Source: Bilabrum cf. latius (lineage: Eukaryota). Taken from it: a stretch of 64,000 bases of DNA. The notes beneath the pieces were generated by a model, which searched no databases, was not told the DNA's origin, and was given only the letters and a program-made list of their open reading frames with translations. The translations under genes were made by a program, and so were the position numbers. The stretch spans positions 682,001 through 746,000 of the forward strand of contig OZ237751.1 in assembly GCA_965178125.1 (NCBI GenBank), in the 5' to 3' direction. Positions 1 through 13,021 of the stretch are shown here, in pieces. The first letter of the stretch is position 1. Every line of letters starts with the position of its first letter.

Positions 1-3000
1 CTGAAGGAGTCGAAGATGGCGTAGGACTCGTGCTGGGGCTTGGCACAGCGCCGCCCATAAACAGAACGAGGGCGCCACCGCTATTGGATTCCGCGGTGTT
101 GCTTGTCTCGGCCCCAATCATCAGATCTGTTCGCCCATCTCCATCAAGGTCACCAATCGCACTTACAGCTGCAATCCGGTCAGCGTTCCCCGTACCCAGG
201 AGGGGAAGCACTGCGGGGGTGTCACCACTAATAACCATAAAATCTCGTACCCATGTGTCCGTTGAGTTGCTTTCTAGGAGAAGAATGTACACCTGCCCAT
301 CGTTAGAGCGGTAGTTGCCATCCTGCCGTGCTCCCACGGCCAGGTCGTACTCCGAGTCGCCATCGGCGTCTCCGATTGTAGCCACGTGGCTGCCAAACTC
401 GTCAGCATGCTACATGTACGACCCTATCGGGTTCGTGGTCCCATCGAGAGACCTGCTCCACTTTGCCATCACCGCATCTACCGTGCCGTTGCCAGCCAGC
501 TGCAGCACTGCAACAGCTTCGCTGCTGGATCCGACAACAAGACGAGGCAGCGCATAACCAGGCGAAGGAGGCAAGCAATCGACAGAAATAACCACCTCTT
601 CCAAGAGCGGGTTGTATATGTCCAGCCCACCACCGGTTGCTTGGGTCAACGCAGCAGCCTCTCGGACCGTGTCGTCGGCTCGCATGTACAAGAGGATGAG
701 GGCGCCCCCTTTAGACCGTCCGGCGTCTGCCCTCCGGGCCGCTGCAGCAATATCGTTGAAGCCATCCCCGTCTAAATCGCCCAGACCACCATTGACTGCC
801 CCGCCTAGCTCATCCTCGCTCGAGTCGCCCAGCTAGAAGCTGCCGTGGAGCTGAATGCTCCTCTTGTTGAGCTCCGTCTGGTTTGCAACACTCCCGTTTC
901 GAGCAAGCCGCAGCACCCAGACCCTTCCACTCTTCGAATCGCCATCCACTTCACCGCGGGGCTCGCCTACCAGCAATCGGACAAGGCTGCCGGCCTACCC
1001 ATTCGGCTGTGTCATGGTCCCGAGAGATTCGCCAAAGTGGCTGTCTGATTTGAGCTCACTATGCACGAGCCCGCCCTCCAGGGCGCTAATTTTCTGGGCT
1101 GCTTTGCACGTTCCGTTACGGTGTAGCAACAACACCCACACAGCGCCTTGGTGAGACTTGCCATCGTTGTCAAGATACGCACCAACAGCCACGTCGGGCA
1201 CGCCATCCAGATCAACGTCACGCAGGCCTTGCACCGCCCTGCCAAACCGATCACCTTCATCCAGATGCAGCCCTGATCCGCTCGAGCCATCTGTCACGAA
1301 TTGGTGCGCTCGTACAACCGTGCCGGCAGCAGCAGGGCTAGTGGAAGGCGTAATCGAGGGAGTTGGGATGGTGGACGCTGTCGCCGATGGCGTGGGTGTT
1401 CTCGTGGGACTTACTGTGGGCGATGACGAAGCCGTGGGAGACGGGCTCGGGAAGACCGACTCCTGATCTACCGCGATGGTCAGCAGAGCAACTGCTCCAG
1501 AGGCACTACCGAATTGGCTATCGTAGTACGGGAGGCCGACAGCAACGACAGTCCCACAGTCGGGTGAGCTGTCATAGATGCGCCCAATAGCAGCCAAGGA
1601 GTGCCCAAACCACGCTTGCGATTGTATTCCCCCGCCTACAGTATCGCTAAGGGAGTCTCTGTCGTACCTCATGGCGGCAGCCATCGAACCGTTGCTGCTG
1701 TGGATCGAGAGCATGAACACCGCACCGTCGTCCACACCGCCCGTTCGGCTGAATCCAGAGGCACCCACAAGCACTTCTGGCGTATCATCGCCGTTAAGAT
1801 CACCCATGAACACCACAGAAGACCCAAACAAGTCAAAATTCTGCGCCAAATCTACCTCCATGCCGTTCAAGCCTGGGGCAATGACACTTGCATTGAGGAG
1901 CCGAACCCCGGCACCAGGGTCACTGGCATTGCCAGTGTGCCCCAGGGAGATCAGGACGACCGCCCCGCGGTTGACCCCGCCTATGGTGGATTCCTACGCT
2001 CCAACGATCAGCTGCGCATTGCATCCCTCGGAACCTAGCCCAAGGCAATCCGTTGTAACGTCGATCGCACTGCCGAGGGCACGGACGCCCTGGGGGAAGA
2101 GAAGCGCCGTTTCGTGAATCCATCGATAAGCCTTGACCGTATCGTTCGCTGCCAGCAGGCACACTAACACAGCTCCGTGACGTTCGCCTGCCCTGCCGTC
2201 AAGCTCGCTCCCAACCGCAACGTCCAAGAGCGAGTCGCCGTCTAGGTCTGGCAGCGTGGCAACGGCCGACCCGAAGCGCCCACCCGCCTACAATATTCCG
2301 GAGGGTATTCCGCCCTATCCATCAGACCAGCGGGTATGGGAGCTTACCATCCCATCATCACTGGCGTTCAGTCGAAGCACGTACATCGCGCCGTGACTTG
2401 AGCCGAGCTGTGCAACACCGAATCCAATTGCACCGGCGAGCAGGCGTGGAAGCTCAGGATTGTCGCCGGCTCGCTGTGAAAGATATCCTACAGACCATCC
2501 AAACTGCTCGAAAGTCTCCAAATCCTCAGTAAATCCGAACTAGCCGTCGCTGATCACGGCGTGAGACTTTGCGGAACCGTTTGCCATCAAATACAACAGC
2601 ATCACACCGCCCTCCCCAGTATCATCACCGGATACATTCGGTATCCCAACTGCAATATCTTTGATGCCATCGCTATTTACGTCGTCTACCTTGGCTACGT
2701 CCCAACCAGCCCGCTAGTTTTCCTGCAGCGCGCTTGCAGCCAGACCGCCGATACCGTTGCTGATCTAGAGGCCAGAAATTACTTCCAGTGTACTATTGGT
2801 ACACTACTGCGGGAGCAAAGAAAGCCAAAGGAGTTCATTTGATGCATGTTGACTGGTTCTTGCAGAAGAGCGTTGCAGAGACGTGAGAATCGATCTAGAC
2901 GGACCACTTGCCTGGTGTTCTGACTGCGTGCTGGCTCACTTCTTGACTAAGCATCCTATCATTTCGCTGTGGATACTTTGGCTCGTATGATAGCCGCCGG

Positions 3001-3131
3001 GTACTCTAGGCAGCGAGATCAGCCATCAATTCCGCCGTCGTCGATGCGAGTGCAAACAGCGCGACAACAGCAATGGAATAGATTCGACAGGACGTGCCAG
3101 TCGAATAACTAGTACAGCAGTATAATGTCAT
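1..3131 (-). CDS. FG-GAP / integrin-alpha-like beta-propeller repeat surface protein (3' end runs off the window; 5' end uncertain)
   Basis: One minus frame is open from about 2930 to position 1 if 9 TAGs are read through (2804, 2765, 2714, 2540, 2315, 1994, 995, 833, 410). It carries repeated FG-x-S/A...GD(L/V)(D/N)GDG..D(L/V)AVGA motifs (e.g. GDLNGDDTPEVLVGA, DVDLDGVPDVAVGA, GDLDGDGRTDLMIGA) and SPSPT-rich linkers. A hydrophobic leader in another frame (ATG 3131) would need an intron near 2900. Confidence 0.8.
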
Positions 3132-3320
3132 GTGACTGCGTGTCACCGTAGAAGAAAGAAGGATTGTCCGTGATGAATCAAAGTTCCAAGTCGTCACGTG
3201 AAACCTGTTGGTCGCAACAGAGTGCCACAGTGCAATGATGTCCAACAGCGATTCAGGGCGTAGTAGCCGAAATCAAGATGTTCGTATCGGGTCATTCAAT
3301 TTAAAGCGAGTCTGTGGCAG

Positions 3321-5786
3321 TCAGCCGGTCAGCGCTGGCACGAATTGCAGCCCGAGCAGCCCGGCAGCTCCCACGATGAGCCCCACGTTGAAGACCCATC
3401 GACCCCACGAGGCACCACCTCCTTCGCTCTTGCTCTCTCGCGTCGCTTTCACGAGGTCCGCCCCGAGCGGCACCAGGTATATCAACACCAAGCCTCCCAA
3501 AGCGCCAGTGATCCTCACCACGGTGCCCACGTCCATGTTCATCGCAGCCAGCGTGAAGCTGACCGCCATGATCCCGAAATTCAACGCCGCCACGTACACC
3601 CAACCCGGCCATGTAGTCTCCATCAAGTAACCAAAGAACTGCGTCCTCACGATCATAAGCAAGATAGGAAACACCGTGACCAGCTGGAAAAAGAGGCTCA
3701 GCCTTGCCGTAAACGCGTAAATGTCCAGTCCCTTGGTGAAAGTTGACCCGAACATGTCCAAAAAGTTTGACTGCAGGGCCAGATTCACGCCCTTGCCGGG
3801 GTTCAGGGCGGCAAAACCGAAGTAACCTAGCACGCCGATGAACATGTACAGTACGCTCGCAATCAGGTAGCCGTAAAAGACGTCGTAGCTCCTGGTGGCC
3901 TTGGGTGCGTTCTTGCAAATGGGCTGGATGGCGTTGTGAATGAACGTTGAAAGCATGAGCGTGCCAGCGAGCGGCACGAAAGTCTCCCTGCCCCACAGCA
4001 CGACCTGCATCTTCCCAGTGTCCACGTTAAATTCGCTGGCCCCAGACTCCAGGTGGCTCACCACCTCAAAGTCCCCGAAGCTGATACCGATGAAGCCATT
4101 CACAAGGATGAACGTCACCGTGTAGACGAGGAAGAGGAACCCTACTGAGTTGAACTTAACCAGCACGGACAGGTCCTGCAAGTTTGCGAGCGGCCACAAG
4201 ATCCACACCACTCCTGCACTGATGATTCGGCCGTAGTGGATCCACATCTCAGGCTTGTGCCCGCCGCTGGCAGCCACCGCGATCGACAGCACGATGCTGT
4301 AAAGGCTCTCCTGCATCAGAATATGGTACACAATCACGGCCCCCATGATAACGAGGATGCCCATAACCCACGACGTGATCTACATGGGGAATCCTAGGTA
4401 GTAGCGGGCTAGCCCAGAGTATTCCTGCGTCTGGCTGGCTTCCGCCTGCTCTACTACAAGAAGGGCAGTGTACGAGCTGATCGCGCCTATAACCACCGTC
4501 ATCACGACTCCAAGGAGGAGCCCAGCCTCTGCGTAGTACATGGGAATGGCCACGATGGCAGTGCCCATCATCGTGTTCACGATCGAGGTAATAGTGCTGA
4601 AGCGAGACTGCTCCTTGCCGTCCTCGCTGTACACAAAGACTGCGGTGGTCATCAAGATGAAGCGAGCAACACGACAGCGAGTCCCCTATACATAACAAGT
4701 GGTCGGTTGCGGTGGCACGGTTTACGAGACAGAGGCCAAAAAACATGACTGCGGGCAGTCCACGGCAAGCGACTGGTTCTAGTTGAGGCAAAGGCACAGG
4801 TACCTCAATCTCCTCATCTCACGAGACGGGGGCAGCACTTGCGCTGGAGGCACTAGGTACTCCATGTCCTCGGCGAATCCTCCTGGCGCTGTGCCCTGCA
4901 TGTTGCGCAGGCTCGTGTAGAATTTCATGCGATGCCTCATGGGGCTGCGGCTTGAAGATAAAGAGGGACCAAAGGGGTGGCGATCAGGGCGCTGGTGGCA
5001 ATTGGCAGTTGCATGGCAGGGCGAATGTTTGGTGGGTTTGAGTGGGGAGCAGGGGCCCGCCCACCCTGCTTCCTTGCCTCAATGCGTGCCTCACTCGTTC
5101 TTCGAAGGCCGGTATGGCTTCCTTGAGGGTGTTCTAGGCGACTGCTCCACCGCGGCTTTCTCCGCTATTTGCATGCCTGCGGTACACAGCATGGAATGAA
5201 TAGTTCAAACGAAGATGCTAGAAGGAACATGGCTGTGGATCGGGGGAGCACGCCACTGGGGCTAGTCAAGTCTCAGACACGACAGCAGCAAGCCCGATGC
5301 CACCTCACTCTTCTGGCTGATGGAAGACGAAGTCTCGTCTACCTCGCTGTACAAGCCAGTTCCAGTTCCACCACCACGGTTCACAGACAGCGGGGAAGGC
5401 GATCCAGCGGCCATGCCATTGCGAGGACTCATGCGCGAGGCCCACTACGGGCTGCCTGGTCCAGATCTGCCTCCAAGCTGTTGCATTGATACAGACAGCG
5501 GGGGCCTGGTAGATATCACAGGAGACTCTCGCCCAATTTTCGCTTTCGAAGTTACTGGTCTAAGCTTGCGGGACTTGGATCGACGCCCGCTTTCACTACG
5601 CTCTGACCTCCGAGATTCGCTCCTGCCGACTCGCGTATCAGCTGTCAGCTGAGAGGAAGTACTCGCCGCTGAGCCTACCCGTACATAGCTACTGTCAGCT
5701 TGTTCCCCCGAACCGCTGAGCAAAGGCGCTCTGAGTATATCTTCCGGTGTTGGCGGGGCACCATTTCCTCGCCCGGTGCTATCCAT
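3321..5786 (-). CDS. SLC38A9: SLC38A9-like amino acid transporter (Aa_trans/AAAP family), 4 exons
   Basis: Exons 5786-5309, 5176-5095, 4944-4823 and 4639-3321 are joined by three frame-restoring GTGAG...CCGCAG introns. Motifs: RMKFYTSL (cf. the SLC38A9 N-terminal YYSRL), YLVPPAQVLP, SIVNTMMGT, LVKFNSVG, FIHN, and about 11 hydrophobic segments. In-frame TAG at 5445 and 4380; ends TGA. Confidence 0.8.
4640..4822 (-). other. Spliceosomal intron (183 nt) in the SLC38A9-like gene
   Basis: GTGAG donor and ACCGCAG acceptor; removal joins VLPPS-L-FVYSEDG in frame. Confidence 0.7.
4945..5094 (-). other. Spliceosomal intron (150 nt) in the SLC38A9-like gene
   Basis: GTGAG donor and GCCGCAG acceptor; removes an in-frame TGA and joins SKN-D-PMRHRMKFY. 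Confidence 0.65.
5177..5308 (-). other. Spliceosomal intron (132 nt) in the SLC38A9-like gene
   Basis: GTGAG donor and ACCGCAG acceptor; removes an in-frame TGA near 5204. Confidence 0.6.
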
Positions 5787-6107
5787 GGGCAAACGCCGGA
5801 TACTGTCGCTGGTGGTACTATCAAAAATACAAACAGCGAAACGTATGAATATACTACAAGTTGGCTGGAGGGTATTAGTTAAACGCGGAAGGGAAGCCCC
5901 GCTGTGCTCAAACAGATTTTCGCTTCCGATACAGAAATACATTGTTGGGTTAAGTTACCGAACCCGCCACAGATGCACCATATCCGATTCTGTTTCGGAT
6001 TGTAACGAATAATTACGAGGGAAAAACAGATTTTGACTTCCTACTTTTGGATATTTTCCCTGGCTTACTATCATCGGCGGTCAGTTTAATCAAAGTAAAT
6101 TTAAATC

Positions 6108-7268
6108 ATGGCTGCAGTAGGAGGTGCTGCTGCAGACGAAGATGCGAGATCGGAAGCGCCGTCGTTGGCATCAACCGCTTCTGAAGGCAACGGAACTGAC
6201 GAAGAAGACGATGAAAAGGAGGAGACCGTGAAGGATTTCAGACAGGAGCTTGAGAGGGCCGGTCGTTCGTTGAAAACAGATCCTAATGCGTACTACATGC
6301 GCTGCAGCGTGCTGGAAAAGCGGTTGCCAGCCACCAGATTCACAGTTTTCCAGACGTACCGTCGCGACTTTGAGAAACGGCGCAGCAAGGCAGGAACGGA
6401 GCAGGTTCGACGAGATCTAGCCGTTAAGCATAAACATTTCTTTGAATCTCGAGGTATCGTGCATGAGGACCCGTTTGAAGCATGCAGGGCGCACAATTTC
6501 TTTGGTGTTCAAAGTGCAATTGCGGCAGGGTTTGGGGTGAACCAGAAAGACAAGGCAACCGGAAGAACATTATTGCACGAAGCTGCTGCAGGTGGGGACT
6601 TGGAGTTGGTGGAATTCTTGATCGACTGCGGTGCCACCGAGACAACTCGCACGCTGCTCGGCCGCAGCACCCCTTTGCACCTAGCGGCGGCCAGCGGCGT
6701 TTGGCAGGTAGTGGACTTACTTCTGCTCCAGGGAGTAGATGCGAACGATACCAACAGGGCCTATGAAACCGCCCTGCACTGTGCGACCAATGTGGATGTC
6801 GTCAAGGCGCTCATGCGAGCAGGTGCTCGAGCCGACCTGAAGGACCGAGCAGGCCACACCCCCGGGGCTGCAGCGCGGGCGCGGGGGCTGCGCGCGGTGG
6901 CAGATTACATGAGGGAGCACAATCTTGGGGTCGCAAAGGCCAAAATGGAGAAGGAGAGGCAGGAAAGGAAGAAGAAGATGCAGGCGGACATGAGAACCGA
7001 GCAGAAGAGGCAGGAGGCAACGCGGAGGAGGGCAGAAATCGAGAAGGAACGCACGAGGCAAAAAAGGCTAGCGGAATACGAGCGATGGCGCAATCCAGTA
7101 TCCAAGAAAGAGAGGGCGGCACAGAGGCGTGCAGGTCTCAAGGCTCTGCCAGAGCCGGATCCGCGGGACGTAATGGGGCTGGGCGTAGACTTCGGGAAGG
7201 GCGGGGCTGGGGGTGGCGGCTCCGGGGTTGGGAGCAAGCGGAAGGCGCTGCCTGCTATCAAGGGTTGA
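6108..7268 (+). CDS. Ankyrin repeat protein with C-terminal charged coiled coil (386 aa)
   Basis: GRTLLHEAA, RSTPLHLAA, ETALHCA and GHTP ankyrin repeats. ATG follows an AT-rich leader; no internal TAG; ends TGA. Confidence 0.9.
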   Translation: MAAVGGAAADEDARSEAPSLASTASEGNGTDEEDDEKEETVKDFRQELERAGRSLKTDPNAYYMRCSVLEKRLPATRFTVFQTYRRDFEKRRSKAGTEQVRRDLAVKHKHFFESRGIVHEDPFEACRAHNFFGVQSAIAAGFGVNQKDKATGRTLLHEAAAGGDLELVEFLIDCGATETTRTLLGRSTPLHLAAASGVWQVVDLLLLQGVDANDTNRAYETALHCATNVDVVKALMRAGARADLKDRAGHTPGAAARARGLRAVADYMREHNLGVAKAKMEKERQERKKKMQADMRTEQKRQEATRRRAEIEKERTRQKRLAEYERWRNPVSKKERAAQRRAGLKALPEPDPRDVMGLGVDFGKGGAGGGGSGVGSKRKALPAIKG

Positions 7269-7776
7269 ATCAATATTGCTGATTATGGGATAGAAACAAT
7301 CGAGCCTGGGTTCTATCGAGCCTGGACAGGGCGCAAGTAGTCGTGGTCTTTTACGGTGCTGAGGCTGCAGCCCCGCCACGAGCAGTGGACACGTGACGCC
7401 GTCGGCACCAGTGAATGCACCCGCCAGAGTATTGCAACCTCGCTCGTTTATTTTGTGCAGTGTTATTTCCTAGATGGCACAATTGACACCTTCGGTTCCA
7501 TTAAGGATTGTTGCGCGCAGAAATCGCCCGCCGAAATGCAGACTGCTGGAGGTGCGACCATTTGCAAGCCCCTTGACCTTCTTCGTCAGCTAAGGGTCGG
7601 AGCTCAGCTGTTTGATACTACCTGGCGTCTTATTTTGAAGTTTTAGATACTCGGAATCAAGATCGCACCCCGAGGCGCTGTTTCGGGCTTCTTAGGCAGC
7701 TCCTACGATCTAGCCGACAAGCATGTCCAGCAATGGGTGCGGCTCTAGATTCCGCGACTCAAGGTCATTCTGGAGA

Positions 7777-10700
7777 ATGATTATGCCATTCATGATGCCA
7801 ATATTTGCTGTGTCATGTTTTTTGGTTGTAAAAGCAGGTTAGCCTGTGATGCTTCGATCGAGCCGCATACTAGAGTGCGCAGTCGAGTACCAAGACGAGT
7901 TTCAGGCCACGCTACACAAGTCTAGGTTCGCAGTCGACGACGACACTATTGACCAAGCTGAAAACGATGGAATTGAGCCTGCACCTTCGCGTCGGTAGCG
8001 ACCGGACAGTTTAGTTGAGATGGGTTTCGCTGCATGCACCAGCTCTGCTGTCCAAAGACGCCCAAACAGAGGTAACTCTCACACTCCTAGGCGAGGAGCG
8101 CCTTTGAATGCAACTCTTGGGGCAATTTTGTCATCTTCTGCTGTTGATCCGGTCCCCGTTCTGCATAAATCGCCGGGCCATGGCGGGATAGTGGCTTTCT
8201 CGCCGATAGTGCGATCGATTATTGCCGAGGGCGAGGACTTGCAATCCTTCTGGCCGCTTGTGGATGTGCCTGGTGAGGCTCCAACAGGAGTGTATGCTGG
8301 CTTTGGCATGAGAAAGGGCCTCGAGGCCCGGGATGCCAGGCTGTCCGGTTCGCAGGGCACGTGCGCCGGTCCGAATCCTCCCACCAAGAGCGTCGAGAGC
8401 GCGAGCGGCACTCACTGGGGTATGCATGCTGCGCAGGTTGGTGCGAATGCATACCTTCAAGTAGACCCACCCGCTTCCTGGCTCTATGAGCCGGACAAGG
8501 GACAGTACCCGATGAACGAGACGTCGTTCGATCGAGCTCCGAAGCTCAGCTACGAGTTCTTCTTCACTCGTAGGGACAGTGGCCCGGTGCTCGACTTCAA
8601 CGTGCTGTGCGCCAACGTGAACCGCACCGATTGGCAGCCTGGCAGACAGCCCTCTCAATACGCGCAGCACGACAACGCGATCTCCCTTCGATACAGCTCT
8701 TCGAATTGCCTCGTGACGGCCATGGACCTCAACATCAGCGACGCCTACCCGGTCCCTTCGCCCAGCCCTATTTCGGCGCCGAGCGCTGATCTATAGTCGT
8801 CATATTCTCCAGTGGCAGGCACAATGAACGGGCCAGCTGCTCCGGTGATGCAGCCCAAGGACAGGCGCGGACATGGCATGTCTTCACAAGGAGGCCAAGG
8901 GTAGGTGGACAAAGTCGTGCTGGCGGAGGGCTACTCGCCCGCTCTCGCTGGTCCATCGCCCGTGCCCGGGGGACACTATCGAAACTTTCGATGCTCAACC
9001 AAGGCTTGTCCAAGCAAACTGACAGCTTAGAGGCAGCACCACATGTACTTCGGGCAGCACCCCAGCACGGAGATGCCTCAAGTATACCTGGACGGACAGC
9101 TGGGTATGGGGTGGAGCACAGACAGGTGCGCGCACTGCAGGTGCTCCGGTTACCCCATAACAGAAGCAGCAGCCAACTGCGGCAAGTGCATGCGGCCGAC
9201 CAGGATGGTACCGACTAGTATTGACCTACTCGCTAGGAATTAGTCCTTCACGATCGGGTCACCAGAGCTTGCATCTGCATTCGGAACGATCTCGCACGTC
9301 GCGATAGTGTCGAACGACAAGCGGCGTCGGCTGGCGCCACAGTTTTCTCAAGCGCTCCCTCCAATCGAAGGGGGTGTCTGGGAGTTTGTCAACACCTCCG
9401 AAACTGGCTATTTTTCGGGGCGGGTCGGTGTTGTGGCACGATGCAAGTAGAACGACCATGTGCTCATCGGGGCGCCTATCGCCAGAAACTGGATGGCTGG
9501 CTGGAGCGGGCCCGCGTGGCATGGTAGCCGTGAGCTGCAGGCAGAGCGGAACCTGGTCGCCGAAATGCGGCGCCGTGCGCGAGTAAAGGGTCAGAGCAAC
9601 CTTCCTACCCGGTACTTCTACACGCCGCAGTACCTGATGAACGGCGACAAGGAGGTCGCGAGGGACAGCAACTCGACCGAGCCTAACGGCATCGTAGGTG
9701 ACCTGGCCACGGGCGACAAGCTCGCGGACACGTACCCTGCGCCTTGGAGCAAGCCCCGGTGCGTGAGCCCCTGGGCCAAGGAGTCCCCGTACCGCCACAA
9801 CTTTCACAAGCACGGGATCAAGAAGTGGAGCCAGCGGCATGAAGAAGTGGTCCGCATGACTCTTACCATCCAAGCCAACCCCATCGAGTACCCGAGCGGT
9901 TCTGCCAATGCCTAGTCACTAGCAGACGAGATCAAAGCAGAACTCCTAGACGTATTGCTGCAAGCAGAGCCGACTCGCATCCAGGTGCTACTGGAGCAGG
10001 ATACACCACTCCAGTACGAGAAGCCTCCGGGCATGAGGGTGTTGGTCGTGATCTGGCCCTCATACCAGCAGGCGCCGCCCAGTGGCACGTATGGGCAAGA
10101 TGACGATCACGACGTGGGGCATGCCTCGAGTGCTTCGATAGATTCGGGTCATGGTGGCGGTTTGGCGCCATGGGTTGGATGGCATCGTGGGCGGTATGCT
10201 GGGCCCGGTGACTTGGGCTCGATCGATTACGCAACGGCTCTCAACAGCCCGCGCATGATGGGCTACCAGATCATGGACCTCTTTGCGTCTCCTACAGACA
10301 GCATCGCTGGTGACACGCTCAGCATGATGATGCAGTACGCCATGACAAACCACCGGCCCGATCTGGAGTTCTTGCTGCTTTGCGAGAACGGCGATTACGC
10401 CACAGTTTGTTCTGCTACTTGGCTCTTTGAGCTTCTCTTTGCAGCGCTGGGTGGACAATTTGGTCTGGTGCTTCTGGTTGTTACAGTCGCGCTGGCAATC
10501 AGCAGCTTTGCGAGCGATGACGATGACTCAGAGAAGCTTGGTGAGCTATCCATTTCAGACGTCAAGTCTTTGCAGGCAGGGCCTCAACGGCAACGGCAGG
10601 AGTCACGATCTGTGTCTGGGTCGAATCACAAGCCAAGGGGTACGCTGAATACGGCATCGAGCTCAAACCAATAGAGAACCGGCAGCACTGGCATCCCAAG

Positions 10701-12828
10701 CCCGCCCACTACGGCGGTTGGTTCTGCAACTGCAGGCGCCAGGAGCGTAGGGCCCATGAGAGAGAGCGGCCTAAACATGCATCGCGCCTCCTTCCGTTCT
10801 ATAGAGGGCAGACCCGCGAACTCACCGGGAGCACCCGGTTTCACGCGCCCAAGTTCTTCCACGGGTGGGGGGGCACGCTCATTGAGCCGCTTTCATGTGC
10901 CATACGATGCAGACCATGACGGCCTGGAGCTGCCCTAGCATACACCCGAATTCCCTTTGGCGTCAGCCCACGGCAATTCAGACGGTATGCTGTCTGGAAT
11001 GGTCTCAGTGAGTGGAGGTGTCAGCGTGGACGGAAATGCTACCCTGCAGGGCGACACATATCTAGCCTCTGTCCGTTCAGAGGGTTCTGAAAGCGTCATT
11101 ACCGCCTCCAAGGCTACGCTCACTCCCCGGTTCTTGAGGCAAGGTATGCAGCAGTACAACATCATTGTGCCCTCGGCTGCTGTGCTGGCAGTGGGAAGCG
11201 TGTATATATATGCTTTGAAGATGCTGATGGAGGAGCAGTGGGCTGGGATCCTCACGCTATGTATCGCTCTTGGCGTGTTTGTTGTCATGAGTTCATAGCA
11301 GGCGTGGTACAGGAGCATTCTGCTGCGGCAGGGCGGGGTGAGCAGCGACCCAGTGCTGGAGGCCTGGCTCTCGCGGCACTGGAGCCACCCCGCATTCTAC
11401 TGTTTCTGTCAGATAATCTCCTGCCTCCTTGGCAGCAATGTCGCTATGCTGCTGCAGGCGCGCCTGCCGTGCTGCACCTGCACGGCCATGCCTCTGAAGG
11501 CCATGGTGCAGCGCCCTGAAGCCTTCCCCGATCTTCTCCGAAAGCAGGCCCTGTTCCCTCACGTAGTGCTCATGCTGCCCACAATGGGCTTCATCGTGGC
11601 CCACTTGGCTGGTCTTACACCGAAGCCGAGTGCAGAGTGGCCCGCTGGTGTGGTGCTCGCACTGTGCTTCCTGTACTTGCTGCTTGTATCGGGCGGGGCC
11701 ACCGTCGCTGGACTACAGCTAGATGTTCTGACGCTGGATGACACGTCGTCCCAGACGATGGAGATGAGAAGAGGTCTCATGGCAGGCGATTCATAGTCGG
11801 CTAGGGGCCGCCCCGGGTCTGTGCTAACGCTTGAAACGCGAAGCCGAGCTGGCTAGAGCGTGGCCACTCGGCACAGCCAGCGGACCCGCGAGACTGCAAC
11901 GAGAAGAAGAGTGCAGCGTGAGCGAAGAGGGTTTGACGGCGGGGTTAGCGCCCAGATCAGCTCTACTCGTGACAGAACGACGATGCAGTCTGGTATTGGC
12001 ACTGCCAGCATGGATCGGGGCGCTGCTAGCCGGGGTGGCGATTCTGGTCACGGTCGATTCCTTCCCTCTGCAGCATCGATGGATGACAGGCATGTGCAGG
12101 ACCATGGCTCGAGCAGCGGAATCGGGATGCTTGCCGGCCTTCCTCGCCTGGGTATGACAAGCCAGCTATCAGGGAAACGGCTTGTTTCGCGATCCAGGTC
12201 GAGGTCGAGATCGAAATCAAGATCGAGGTCGGGTTCAGGTTCCGGCTCCGGATCCGGCTCAGGATCAGGCTCAGGCTCAGGGTCTGGGGCTGTTTCCGAG
12301 GGGCATCGCAGCACCGCCTACAGTTCCGGGTCAGGGGCCCGATACGAGTCAGACGTAGGACTAGGCAACTCAATGGAGATTGATGACCCAGGTATTGACC
12401 CAGATGGTGATCTTGAGGAGGAGGAGGGGCAGCTAGGTGCCATTGTGGCGAGTGCCATTGCAGCTGACGGCAACAGCAGCATGGACATTGGCGGCGACGG
12501 TTCCGGTTTGGGTGCAGATGGCGGCCAGTCTGGCGGTAGAATGTGCGGTGCCGTCTTCGGACGAAGGATCTCGCCGCAACCCAGAGTACATTTCACCGAT
12601 GAGGAACCGGTCGGAACGGCCGGCGTGGTGGCGGCAGCTACTGGGATTGTCGGGGTGGCCATCGAATCCATGGACGAGAGCGACGAAGAAGAAGACGAAG
12701 ACGTGGTGGGCGACAGTGAAGCAGAGGGCATCGTGGATGAGGATGACGCCCACGTAGAGCTGCAGGAGGACCCGAGACCGAGATCACACCACGAGGAGCA
12801 AGGGAAAGTGGGAGGAGGGGGAGAATAA
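7777..12828 (+). CDS. Large multi-pass membrane protein with possible LamG/concanavalin-like ectodomain and Ser/Arg/Gly/acidic tail (about 1680 aa)
   Basis: Frame +1 has no TAA/TGA from 7777 to the TAA at 12826; about 13 TAGs separate the track fragments 8020-8796, 9043-9243, 9460-9915, 9955-10674, 10756-10938, 10957-11298, 11338-11796 and 11860-12828. Signal-like N-terminus MIMPFMMPIFAVSCFLVVKAG. Strand motifs LSYEFFF, QVYLDG, SFTIGS, GTISHVAI. Several TM segments at 10400-11730. Start could also be 7723. Confidence 0.7.
12188..12288 (+). repeat. Coding (SR)n then (SG)n dipeptide repeat
   Basis: Translates SRSRSRSRSKSRSRSGSGSGSG... using mixed synonymous codons. Confidence 0.8.
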
Positions 12829-13021
12829 AGAGGGGAGGCTTGGTGGCAATGGTTATCTAGGCGAGTGACCGGGGTTGCTGCAAGTAGCAGACTTGGCATC
12901 GTGACAATGCTTGGTGTTTCGCTTCAAAGCTTGAATGCTTCGCAGGGTAGCTTTCCATTGGCCATGTTTACCTGAATTGAGTCATAATGCATGCGCTTGA
13001 ACTCAAGAGGCCGGAAAGCCA

